Origin: Gammaproteobacteria bacterium CG11_big_fil_rev_8_21_14_0_20_46_22 | GTDB taxonomy: Bacteria; Pseudomonadota; Gammaproteobacteria; UBA12402 | Reading direction: 5' to 3' | DNA length: 64,000 bases | Assembly (NCBI GenBank): GCA_002796245.1 | Contig: PCWT01000064.1 | Coordinates: 19,822 to 83,821 of the forward strand | In this document: positions 1 through 8,073 of the stretch, piece after piece | Numbering within the stretch: position 1 is the first letter of the stretch | How the letters are laid out: every line of letters starts with the position of its first letter | The notes under the pieces: generated by a model | What the model saw: the letters and a program-made list of their open reading frames with translations, nothing else | Database searches by the model: none | Told to the model about the DNA's origin: nothing | Program-made: the position numbers and the translations under genes

Positions 1-95
1 CTCCAGAGGCCCTGCAGAAGAAAAACCCTCGCCCAAAGCAGCGAGCGAGTTGCAGCGAAGCGTTGGTGGAAATAATGGCACAAAAAGGCTTGTGA

Positions 96-560
96 TTAGC
101 TGCGATGATACTTAGCCTGATGCGCTTGTTGCTGCTTAAGATTTTCGTCCATCGGCCTTATGCATAGTTCTAAGGTATCAAACCACGCGCAAATCGTTTC
201 GCAAGGCAAGTGCCCGTGCTTGCCGGAAACAGAGTATTCGCAAAACAACACATTGTGAAATGTCATTTCATGAATGGCTCTGATTGATTCTTGTGAGTGC
301 AGTGTGGCGATTTTTATCGAATTGACCATTTCCCCTTGTGTGCACTGTTGAAACAAGACGCTGCTGGTTTTATCTAAGGGTTTGCTAAAACGCAGTGTTT
401 GAAAATCCGCTTTAGGTTTTAGTGAGTTGAGGGCGGGCTTATCGAGTGAATAAGTGTGTCGTTGCGCTGAACATTCAAAATCATGTAAGTAAATACCGCC
501 ATGAATGTCGCGTTGCTGAACATCGCCTTGTGTAAAAGGTGTGATCAAGTAATAAGGCAT
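96..560 (-). CDS. hcp: Hcp/TssD-like type VI secretion tube protein (154 aa)
   Basis: Complete ORF with a strong SD (AAGGAGA) just upstream of the ATG. The block FQTLRFSKPLDKTSSVLFQQCTQGEMVNSIKIA lines up with the conserved Hcp1 block (LSFTKYIDKSTPNLMMACSSGKHYPQAKLT in the Pseudomonas protein, from memory). A later block, MTFHNVLFCEYSVSG ... TICAWFDTLELCIRP, resembles the Hcp C-terminal strands. The size is typical of Hcp. Confidence 0.65.
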   Translation of the reverse strand: MPYYLITPFTQGDVQQRDIHGGIYLHDFECSAQRHTYSLDKPALNSLKPKADFQTLRFSKPLDKTSSVLFQQCTQGEMVNSIKIATLHSQESIRAIHEMTFHNVLFCEYSVSGKHGHLPCETICAWFDTLELCIRPMDENLKQQQAHQAKYHRS

Positions 561-630
561 AAAAAAGTCTCCTTGAAAGTTTTTTGAGTGGGGTTAATAT
601 CGGTGTTCTATTCTTTTTTGATATTTCCCC

Positions 631-1593
631 ATGGTTTATGAAGCTTTGCACGCCTTGTATTGGCGTGTGGATGGTGTCTTGCGAGAGAGTGTTCGCAGGG
701 TGTTATCTGATAAACAGTTCGAGGCATTGTCTCAGGCTTGGCATGCATTAAGGCAGTGTGAATTCATTGAAGACGGCGTGTCGCGTTGTCGAGTGTTCAA
801 TGTGCCTGTGTTTGAGTTTGAGCGTTTGCTGTGTGATGGTCGTCATTTAAAGCGCGTGTTGGTCAGTGGTGCGTATCAGCGAGCAGGAGCGGTAGGTTTG
901 ATGTGTCTCATTGTACAGTCTGCCTTAATAAAATCAATGCGTGATCGCAGTATGCTTGCCCCATTAATCTCGCTGTCTCGTGAATCTCATTTTTTACTGT
1001 GTCTGCCGATGTCTGATGTGCGTGAAGACAGCGTATGTGGTTTGCAGTCTGAGGTGATCGCAAGATCGTTTTATTCTCATTATGAAAAGCCTGAGCATGG
1101 TTATACCTGGATCAGTGCGTGGCCTGCGTTGCTCTCATGTTTGTATCAGCGTGTGGGCAGCCAGGGTTATTTTACGCCGTCGCGCTATAGCCTGTCGTGT
1201 GAGCGGGGTGTTTTGAATCAATGTTGTTTTCGTTATATCTCAGGTGAGCTTTTGTGTGATCAAGCCTCAGGACTTTATTTGTCTGAAGGCTTAAGTTATT
1301 CGCTATCAAGTTGGTTGACTGGTCTTTTGTTTGTTCACGCATTAAAAATCATGCTGCGAAATAAAGTGGGTGTTTCGGTGTCGGCTCAAACGTTAACGCA
1401 GGACTTATCCTATTGGCTGATGGCGTATTGCCAGGATGAGTGCAGCAGTGAATCACGATGGCCTTTGCGTCACGCCGAGGTGTCTGTGCATGAACAGGCT
1501 GACGGGTTTAGGCTTGTCGTTAAGTTAGTGTTAAGTGATGGCGTGAAAATGAATGTTGAGTGGGTGGTGGATCATGAAAACCGGGCCTTATGA
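631..1593 (+). CDS. Cys-rich hypothetical protein (320 aa), first gene of the T6SS-like operon. The C-terminal ~60 aa are weakly gp25/TssE-like.
   Basis: Long ORF with only short ORFs on the opposite strand. It is divergent from hcp and overlaps the next ORF. The C-terminal pattern RWPLRHAEVSVHEQADGFRLVVKLVLSDGVKMNVEWVVD resembles the EPRL...V.V...dg.L.f.I end of gp25-family proteins, but this is a weak visual match only. No SD precedes the ATG. Confidence 0.55.
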   Translation: MVYEALHALYWRVDGVLRESVRRVLSDKQFEALSQAWHALRQCEFIEDGVSRCRVFNVPVFEFERLLCDGRHLKRVLVSGAYQRAGAVGLMCLIVQSALIKSMRDRSMLAPLISLSRESHFLLCLPMSDVREDSVCGLQSEVIARSFYSHYEKPEHGYTWISAWPALLSCLYQRVGSQGYFTPSRYSLSCERGVLNQCCFRYISGELLCDQASGLYLSEGLSYSLSSWLTGLLFVHALKIMLRNKVGVSVSAQTLTQDLSYWLMAYCQDECSSESRWPLRHAEVSVHEQADGFRLVVKLVLSDGVKMNVEWVVDHENRAL

Positions 1594-3022
1594 TCGTTAT
1601 TATGATGTGATACTGCGTCAGCACACAGTGCCATTGCCGGCGATGATGGTGCTTGCACCCTCAGCAATCGATGAACCCATGGCGATTAATTGTGAGGATC
1701 ACTTTGAAGTGGGGGGTGCCATTTTTCGAGCCTTGTATCCTGTCAGTTGTCAGCCAATTGAATTGCTTGAGCTTGAGGTATTGCCGCAATCTCTACGCTT
1801 TCATTGTCGATCAACAGCGCATTCTGAGACTTGCTTGACGGCGTTTGATATGATGATCCGAGCAAGCCCTGAGCTAGCTTACCCCTGCCTTGATGCTTTG
1901 CTGCATCGTCGTGCTGACAGTGACTCTGATGAGGCGGGTCAGCTCATTGATTGCACCCTAAGAAGCAGTTTATCGGGTGGGCGCTTGTTGCCAAGCTCAG
2001 TCTGTTTGGCCAGTCCCTGGGTCTGGCTTCGAGAGCTGTTTCTATTCCCTGAAAAAGACCTGTGTTTGACGCTCACGCTTAATCCTATCATGGTTTCACC
2101 AGGTGAGGCGTTTAGTGTGTCGGTGCGGTTTTCCGAGCCTTTGCCTGAGCTACTTTTGAGTTTATCAGTGAAAGATTTTCTGTTTAACGCTTTTGCTGTT
2201 GCCAATCATTTTATCAAAGTGCCCGAAATGGCTGAGGCCGATTCGGGTGATGTCTGCTTTCCTTTGCGTTTTTTAGATGAACCCGGTGCTTCTCGTCTGT
2301 CGGTGCTTGATGTATGGGATGTTTGTTTTTCTGATGAGCAAGGGCAGGTTATCTCGAACATTTCCCCATTTTGTGCGCCGAACATATCGGTGGGTGATCA
2401 GCCTGTTTGGATCTTGCATCACGATACTTCTGTGTCTGAAGTGGCTTGGTGCAGTGAGCTGCGGCTGGAGTCATTTGAGAGCTTTTCAGGCCGGGTACAA
2501 ATGAAGGCGCTCGTCACACAGCCTAATGTCTTGTTTAATCCTCAGCGTTCTTTTCGGGTTCAACACAAACCGAGTCAAACAATCTTCACGACTTGCGAAG
2601 TATTCCGCCCTTTGCAGCGTATGTGGCTCGCAGACAGGCTGAGATTTTCATTGTGGTATGCACTGGCAGGCTGGTCGATTTTATTTTCATACGGTGAACA
2701 CCGCGAACGTCTGCTTGCTCTGTTACGCTGTTTTTTACCGGGGAATAAGTGCTGCGCCCTCGATGAGGGTGTCGTGTCTTTTCTGATGTCACCTGAGCAT
2801 CACCGCGTAGATGCGGCTTCCTTGTCTTTTTGTGTTGCAGGGTTTCGCGCACGTTTGGTGGTTAATGAGCGTGTGCTGGGTGAGGATTTTGTTTACAGGC
2901 TGGCTTTGTTTTTACGGGAGTTTCTGTTCTCAAGTGTTTTAGCTATGCCAGTTCTGTGTTTTGAGTTGCATTACTTGGGAAAAAGTCAGCTTCGGGAGTG
3001 GTTAGCTGATGTCAGCATTTGA
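1574..3022 (+). CDS. Divergent, short TssF-like baseplate protein (~482 aa)
   Basis: The ORF runs 1553..3022. I prefer the ATG at 1574 because a GGTGG SD lies 5-9 nt upstream, and it overlaps the upstream stop by 20 nt. AIFRALYPVSCQPIELLELEV resembles the TssF N-terminal LYPhylrPiPS block. GFRARLVVNERVLGEDFVYRLALFLREFLFSSV resembles the TssF C-terminal G.ev.L.ld...F.g.g.fLf..vLerFf block. Confidence 0.5.
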   Translation: MKTGPYDRYYDVILRQHTVPLPAMMVLAPSAIDEPMAINCEDHFEVGGAIFRALYPVSCQPIELLELEVLPQSLRFHCRSTAHSETCLTAFDMMIRASPELAYPCLDALLHRRADSDSDEAGQLIDCTLRSSLSGGRLLPSSVCLASPWVWLRELFLFPEKDLCLTLTLNPIMVSPGEAFSVSVRFSEPLPELLLSLSVKDFLFNAFAVANHFIKVPEMAEADSGDVCFPLRFLDEPGASRLSVLDVWDVCFSDEQGQVISNISPFCAPNISVGDQPVWILHHDTSVSEVAWCSELRLESFESFSGRVQMKALVTQPNVLFNPQRSFRVQHKPSQTIFTTCEVFRPLQRMWLADRLRFSLWYALAGWSILFSYGEHRERLLALLRCFLPGNKCCALDEGVVSFLMSPEHHRVDAASLSFCVAGFRARLVVNERVLGEDFVYRLALFLREFLFSSVLAMPVLCFELHYLGKSQLREWLADVSI

Positions 3023-3722
3023 GTGCTATTGTTTGGCGCATGTACCAAGCCTATCTTTGACGGCTTTATACCGGCGCCTGCGTTATATGGGCTATGAGAT
3101 TGATGTGTGTTTTGTCGATGCGCATGAGGCTGTTTGTGACATTCATTCGATCACCTTTGATAAACACCGTCGAGTGTTGATTCGAAGCTATCGTAAACTT
3201 TCTCGTCAATGTTTGGAGGCCAGTCTGGATTATGATGTTTTGGTCTCGAGCGAACAGTGTATTTGGCAAGGTATGGTATCGGATGAGTCACTCTTTGCGC
3301 TTGCGCAATTTGAGCGAAAGCTTTCGGTGGTGAAAAATTGCAGTCGTGAGACGCTGGCGCAGCGCTTGTCTGAGCTTTTCTCTGCCCGTTTTGCGAGCGT
3401 GTCGTCTTTTCATTTAGTGTCATACGATCACTCAGGCTCGGCCTGGCAGTTTCCAGATTTTTTGCTCGGTTCTTGGCGGTTGAGTCCTTGGTTGTCGTTG
3501 AAGGTGAGCCTTCAGGCTTGCCGAGAGCCCGGGGTGTTTGTGCGGCCAATTTTTTGCAAAGCGCTCTTAAAAAGCCTGGGCGTGCTTTTTCCTTTTGTGC
3601 GGGAGTGGGTGTTTGAGGTGAGCTTTTCGTCGACGTGTGCTTGGCGCTTGGGTGAGTCGGCTGGTGTGTTATCGGGCGCCCCTGGATTTTTTGTTCAAAA
3701 AATAAACGCATTTCAAGCCTGA
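3009..3722 (+). CDS. Divergent, short TssG-like baseplate protein (237 aa)
   Basis: The ATG overlaps the upstream stop by 14 nt, and a GGGAG SD lies about 10 nt upstream. The pattern LAQRLSELFSARFASVSSFHLVSYD...FLLGSWRLSPW...LKSLGVLFPFVREWVFEVSFSS...WRLGESAGVL follows the TssG layout (L..yf.g..v.v..f.g.W ... LG ... l..lvr.y.g..l.f.l.l ... LG). This is a visual match only. Confidence 0.45.
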   Translation: MSAFECYCLAHVPSLSLTALYRRLRYMGYEIDVCFVDAHEAVCDIHSITFDKHRRVLIRSYRKLSRQCLEASLDYDVLVSSEQCIWQGMVSDESLFALAQFERKLSVVKNCSRETLAQRLSELFSARFASVSSFHLVSYDHSGSAWQFPDFLLGSWRLSPWLSLKVSLQACREPGVFVRPIFCKALLKSLGVLFPFVREWVFEVSFSSTCAWRLGESAGVLSGAPGFFVQKINAFQA

Positions 3723-3793
3723 AAAAGGGCTGTACATTGGCGCTAATCATGCTGATAATAGATTTTTTTAATGAGTCAATGGAGGGGAGTCTC

Positions 3794-4126
3794 ATGAAAA
3801 AGCAACATCCTTGGTTTCACGTTTTATTTATTGCGATCGCTGTTATCGGTTTGCTCACCGACAAAGGCCTAATCTTCTTAGTGGGTCTAGTGTGTGAAAT
3901 CATTTACTTGTGGCGTATTTATCAGCAGAAGAAAACGCCGGCTGCTTCAGACAAGCCTGCCCATAAAGCGAAGCCTGCTGCTGCGACTCACGACAAGCCA
4001 AAGGTGGAGAAAACGCATCAGCATCAGGCTCAGAATGAGTCAAAAGATCACCTGGCGGCGGGTCATCAACAACAAGACCATCAGGGTGAACATCATGATG
4101 ATCAACACCATGATCAGCAAAAGTAA
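3794..4126 (+). CDS. Small two-TM membrane protein with a His/Gln/Asp-rich C-terminal tail (110 aa)
   Basis: The ATG at 3794 is preceded by a GGAGGGGA SD. Two hydrophobic segments (FHVLFIAIAVIGLL and LIFLVGLVCEIIYLW) are followed by HQHQAQNESKDHLAAGHQQQDHQGEHHDDQHHDQQK. An intrinsic terminator follows. Confidence 0.6.
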   Translation: MKKQHPWFHVLFIAIAVIGLLTDKGLIFLVGLVCEIIYLWRIYQQKKTPAASDKPAHKAKPAAATHDKPKVEKTHQHQAQNESKDHLAAGHQQQDHQGEHHDDQHHDQQK

Positions 4127-4146
4127 CTGCTTGTGTTATGTGTAAA

Positions 4147-4179
4147 GGCCGAAGTGATTCTTTTCGGCCTTTTTCTTTT
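4147..4179 (+). terminator. Rho-independent terminator closing the T6SS-like operon
   Basis: The stem is GGCCGAA (4147-4153) paired with TTCGGCC (4163-4169). A T-run follows at 4170-4179. Confidence 0.8.
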
Positions 4180-4191
4180 GTGGTTTGATAA

Positions 4192-5685
4192 ATGAGTGAA
4201 TTAGACAGTCAATCTCTCGGCGTCAAAGAGCAGTTTGCGCAGCAGCCTCGTGGCGTGTTGACCATGTTTGTCGTTCAACTATTTTCTGTGATGGGCTACG
4301 CGTATGTATATGCCTTGCTTCTCTTGCTTGCGGTGCGGGTTTTTGGCTTTGGTGATCATCAGGCCTTTGAGCTGACCGGCGCATTTAATGCTTTAAACTT
4401 TGCAACCAGTATTTTTGGCGGTTACTTGGCCGGTCGTTTCTTAGGTTACCGTTTTTCCACCGGTGTCGGTTTGTTTGTCGCCGCCGTTGCACTGGTTATT
4501 TTGTTGCTGCCACACCACTTGGCGCTTTATTGGGGTTTGTCGTTTCTAGTGTGCGCCGAAGGGATGTTGATTCCTTCTTTATTTGTTTTATTGGGTCGTT
4601 TGTACCCGCAAAATGACCCGCGTCGTTTGTCAGGGTTTATGCTGATTTATGTGGGGATTAATGTCGGCGCTTTTTTGGCTGAGGCTTCATCAGGCGCAAT
4701 TAGCCATCAGTTGGGTTATGGCTATGCCTTTTTTCTTGGCGCCTTATTTATGTTGGTCGCGCTGTTTGTATTTTTATTGCAGCACCGCTTGTTCAATGGT
4801 GCGGGTTTTGCTCCTCGCTTTGCGAAGCAGCGCCCAGAAGCGATTAAGCGCTCGCGCTTGACCGGCATGTGCTGGCTTTTGATTTCTTTGCCGGTTTTGG
4901 CGTTGATGCTGCATTTTGCTGTCTTAACACACTTTTTTTTAATGGCCTTGGGTGTGGCGGCTGTTCTATTTGTACTGCACCTTGCAAGACTTGAGGGTGA
5001 GATGTATCGCAAGCGCCTTTATGCGTTTGTACTGCTCTTATTAATTTCTTTTGTGTTTCTTGTCTTTTATATGCTGATTCCTTCGGTCTTGGTGTTGTTT
5101 ACCGTGCGAAATGTGAACCATGTTATTTTCGGTATGAGGGTGCATACCACAAGTTTTCTTGCTTTAAATCCATTTTTCGTGGTGATTCTTGGCATGTTGT
5201 TGGTTTTATTTTACTTGCCGAGGCTTCGGAGGAACTTTCGTCAGTCTTTGCCGTTAAAGTTTACTCTGGCCTGTTTTTTGATGGCTTTGTCGTACTTCGT
5301 TTTGGTTGTGGGTATACAGCTGGCCAATGTTAAAACGGGCCTCGTGAGCCCTTGGTGGGTTGTTGGTTCATATTTTCTGCAAACCTTGGCCGAGCTTTTT
5401 GTTGTGCCGACAAGCTTCGCCATGATTGGTGAGCTGGTGCCGATTCGTCTTGAGGGTTTGTTGATGGGTATTTGGCTGTTTTTAACGGGTGTGGCCTCAA
5501 GCACGGCCGTGGTTTGTTCGGGCTTGATTCGCATGCCGGCGCATATTACCACGCCTTCTATTACCAATGATCTCTACAACCAGGCTTTTTTGATTTACGG
5601 TAGTGTGATCATCGTGATGGCTTTGGCGTCTGCTTTGTTGATTCCCTTTTTGCAAAAATTGCTGCGAGATCCCTCAACAGCTTAG
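4192..5685 (+). CDS. MFS transporter, proton-dependent oligopeptide transporter (POT/PTR2)-like
   Basis: 497 aa with about 12-14 hydrophobic helices. The block FNALNFATSIFGGYLAGRFLGYRF resembles the POT signature around GG.laDr.lG, with Asp replaced by Gly. Confidence 0.6.
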   Translation: MSELDSQSLGVKEQFAQQPRGVLTMFVVQLFSVMGYAYVYALLLLLAVRVFGFGDHQAFELTGAFNALNFATSIFGGYLAGRFLGYRFSTGVGLFVAAVALVILLLPHHLALYWGLSFLVCAEGMLIPSLFVLLGRLYPQNDPRRLSGFMLIYVGINVGAFLAEASSGAISHQLGYGYAFFLGALFMLVALFVFLLQHRLFNGAGFAPRFAKQRPEAIKRSRLTGMCWLLISLPVLALMLHFAVLTHFFLMALGVAAVLFVLHLARLEGEMYRKRLYAFVLLLLISFVFLVFYMLIPSVLVLFTVRNVNHVIFGMRVHTTSFLALNPFFVVILGMLLVLFYLPRLRRNFRQSLPLKFTLACFLMALSYFVLVVGIQLANVKTGLVSPWWVVGSYFLQTLAELFVVPTSFAMIGELVPIRLEGLLMGIWLFLTGVASSTAVVCSGLIRMPAHITTPSITNDLYNQAFLIYGSVIIVMALASALLIPFLQKLLRDPSTA

Positions 5686-5727
5686 TGCTGTCGTGATACA
5701 CTGCACCTTTCGATGCTTGAGAGAACT

Positions 5728-6519
5728 ATGCGAACTAACGATATTAGCCAAAACCTGAAAAAGCCTGATGAAATCGAGAAAATGCGTATCGCTGGTCGCT
5801 TAGCGGCTGATGTGCTCATGATGATTGGACCGCACGTGCAGCCTGGGGTAACCACAGAAACTTTGGATCGCTTATGTCACGATTATATTGTCAACGAGCA
5901 GCAGGCGATTCCTGCTCCTTTGAATTATCATGGTTTTCCTAAATCAATTTGCACCTCGATTAACCATGTGGTGTGTCATGGTATTCCTAATGACAAACCG
6001 CTTAAAAATGGTGACATCATTAATATTGATGTGACGGTGATAAAAGATGGGTATCACGGTGACACCAGCAAGATGTTTCTGGTTGGCGATAAAGTCTCTG
6101 TTGCGGCAAAGCGTGTTGTGAAAGTTGCTCAGGAGTGTTTGTACCTTGGGATTGAGAGGGTTAAGCCTGGTGGCAGTCTAAAAGCAATTGGTGCGGCGAT
6201 TCAGGCCCATGCTAAGCAATACAATATGAGCTCAGTGCAAGAGTTCTGTGGCCACGGTATTGGTTCGCAGTTTCATGAAGATGGGTTTAACGTGCTGCAT
6301 TACGATGCGCCACATATTCCAGAAACGATATTGGAACCCGGGTTGACATTCACCATCGAGCCCATGATCAATGTTGGTAAGCGACAGGTTAAAGTGTTGC
6401 GTGATGGTTGGACGGCGGTCACAAAAGATCGCAGTCTTTCTGCGCAATGGGAGCACACCTTGCTGGTAACGGACAATGGTGTTGAGGTACTGACCTTGCG
6501 TCCTGACGAGAGCCTATAA
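5728..6519 (+). CDS. map: Type I methionine aminopeptidase
   Basis: Contains PDEIEKMRIAGRLAADVL, HGFPKSICTSINHVVCHGIP, DIINIDVTVIKDGYHGDTSKMF and the metal ligands HGIG ... EPM ... QWEHT. I prefer the start at 5728 (GAGAGA SD) over the ORF-track ATG at 5713. Confidence 0.95.
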   Translation: MRTNDISQNLKKPDEIEKMRIAGRLAADVLMMIGPHVQPGVTTETLDRLCHDYIVNEQQAIPAPLNYHGFPKSICTSINHVVCHGIPNDKPLKNGDIINIDVTVIKDGYHGDTSKMFLVGDKVSVAAKRVVKVAQECLYLGIERVKPGGSLKAIGAAIQAHAKQYNMSSVQEFCGHGIGSQFHEDGFNVLHYDAPHIPETILEPGLTFTIEPMINVGKRQVKVLRDGWTAVTKDRSLSAQWEHTLLVTDNGVEVLTLRPDESL

Positions 6520-6587
6520 GCTTTATCTGTTTGAATCGGGTTTGGTGTTTGTGGTATACAGGAGCCTGACTTCATAAGAGACATTGA

Positions 6588-8021
6588 GTGAAGGGTTTGT
6601 TTTTTTGGCAGCGTTTATTGTTGGCGGTTGTTGCGATCGCCACCTCCGCTTTGCTATTGAATGTTGCGACCGATGTCACCACGCTTTGGTATACTGCCTG
6701 GCTTGCGCCTGCGCCGCTTTTGCTGTTTGCTTACTATGGCCGTTTTTGGGAAGCTTGGCTGGTGCTCTTTCTCTCATTCAGCCTTGGCAGTGCAAGTTAT
6801 ATTCTGTTTTATCAAAATTTGTTACAAAGCCATCTGCTTTGGATAACGCTCTTATCCTCCGCGGCATTCGCCTTCTTTCTGATGTTGACTTGCTGGATTT
6901 GCCGAAACTATGCACGCTGGTGGATGGTCTTTATCCTGCCTTTGGTTTGGGTGTCTTGTGAATTTATGCAGGCCCGCCTGACAGGTTTGGGTACCTTGGG
7001 CGATTTGGCTTATACCCAAATTGGTTTTCTGCCCATGCTGCAAATTGCGTATTTAACGGGTATTTGGGGCGTGAGCTTCATGGTGGTGTTGCTCTCTAAT
7101 GCGATAGTTTTTTCTATTTTTATGATGAATAAGCCCGGAGGGCGCTTTTTGTGTTGGTTGTTGCCTTTATTGGTGGTTTTGTCCTCCTTAGTCTTTGGCA
7201 TGGCGCGCATCAGTCAACCTCAGTTGCAAGATCATGTGCATGTCGGCTTGATTGTGTTGCCACATGATCAGCGTAATTTACCCGTGGCGCAAAAAATTCA
7301 GCGTTATGGTGAATTAGTGAAAAGGCTTAATCGAGATCCTGTTCAGGTGGCGGTCATGCCTGAGCAAACTTTAACGCTCAATGACCATAATTGGGTTGAA
7401 GGTTTGGCAGGCTTTTCGGCCATTGCTAAGCGCTATAAAACGAATTTAATTCTGGGGGTGGACCGTCACTACCGAGCTCGCAAGATGCGCAAAGAAGTTT
7501 GGTTTATTAACGCGCAGGGTCAGCTGGCGGGCGTTTATGATAAGAATGCGTATTTGCCTAAAGCCTTATCACGTTACCACGAGGGCAACCGTTTGCTGGT
7601 TTTAAATAAGCCCTCTGGGCTTTGGGGCGTGGCCTTGTGTTCCGACATGGATTTTCAAGACGTGGCTCGTCGCTACAGTCGTTCGGGTGTGGGGCTGATG
7701 TTTGTCTTGGGGCGAGATAGCAATCTTCACGACGCGTATATTGAGACCGGCGGCGATATTTTTCGAGGTGTTGAGAATGATTTTGCTGTCGTGCGCGTGG
7801 CGCAAGGCGGCTTGGTGACGGTATCTGATGATCGAGGGCGTATCTTAAGTCTTGAAAAAGTTCGCCAAAAAGAGTCGACCTTGCTTAGGGTGTATGTACG
7901 CCTGGGGCGGGGTAAGAGTGTTTATGCTGATGCCGGCGATTGGTTTGCCTATGTCTGTTTGGTCCTTTCATTGCTGTTCTTGTTTCGATACCTTTCTCTA
8001 GAGCTGCCAAAGAATAAATGA
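6588..8021 (+). CDS. Lnt-like membrane protein: polytopic N-terminus plus a carbon-nitrogen hydrolase domain
   Basis: GTG start. The N-terminal ~215 aa are multi-TM. The C-terminal domain has candidate Glu-Lys-Cys triad motifs (VMPEQT, YDKNAYLP, ALCSDMDF), as in apolipoprotein N-acyltransferase. The canonical Lnt motifs (WPE, LVPFGE, ICYE) are not conserved. Confidence 0.55.
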   Translation: MKGLFFWQRLLLAVVAIATSALLLNVATDVTTLWYTAWLAPAPLLLFAYYGRFWEAWLVLFLSFSLGSASYILFYQNLLQSHLLWITLLSSAAFAFFLMLTCWICRNYARWWMVFILPLVWVSCEFMQARLTGLGTLGDLAYTQIGFLPMLQIAYLTGIWGVSFMVVLLSNAIVFSIFMMNKPGGRFLCWLLPLLVVLSSLVFGMARISQPQLQDHVHVGLIVLPHDQRNLPVAQKIQRYGELVKRLNRDPVQVAVMPEQTLTLNDHNWVEGLAGFSAIAKRYKTNLILGVDRHYRARKMRKEVWFINAQGQLAGVYDKNAYLPKALSRYHEGNRLLVLNKPSGLWGVALCSDMDFQDVARRYSRSGVGLMFVLGRDSNLHDAYIETGGDIFRGVENDFAVVRVAQGGLVTVSDDRGRILSLEKVRQKESTLLRVYVRLGRGKSVYADAGDWFAYVCLVLSLLFLFRYLSLELPKNK

Positions 8022-8029
8022 AGTTAAGT

Positions 8030-8057
8030 TTGCAGATCGCTCGGGCTGCTTTATACT
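8030..8057 (+). promoter_or_regulatory. Putative sigma70 promoter of the LuxR-family gene
   Basis: TTGCAG (8030-8035), a 16-nt spacer, then TATACT (8052-8057). Confidence 0.35.
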
Positions 8058-8073
8058 ACTGTACTCCGTAGCG

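Noticed and set aside
45-62. An 18-nt exact match (GCGAGTTGCAGCGAAGCG) between 45-62 and 37266-37283, inside the ankyrin/coiled-coil gene.
   Set aside because: It is a single short match with no extended similarity on either side, and the reading frame at the window edge is uncertain. It is within reach of chance for a 64-kb window, so I do not treat it as evidence of paralogy.
1-113. A possible 3' end of an upstream plus-strand gene at the window edge.
   Set aside because: All three plus frames are open for the first 70-110 nt (stops at 73-75, 93-95 and 111-113). I cannot decide which frame, if any, is coding, so I did not call a feature.
594-601. TTAATATC, a PmrA-like half-site, occurs upstream of the T6SS-like operon and again on the minus strand at 26807-26814, upstream of the orphan gene.
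   Set aside because: Only single half-sites are present. The expected second repeat 11 nt away is poor in both cases, and an AT-rich 8-mer recurring in AT-rich promoters is not significant.
3151-3795. A 214-aa minus-strand ORF overlapping the TssG-like gene.
   Set aside because: It is fully antisense to an ORF that is translationally coupled into an operon. Its translation is Pro/Ser/Thr/Lys-rich low complexity, and there is no SD.
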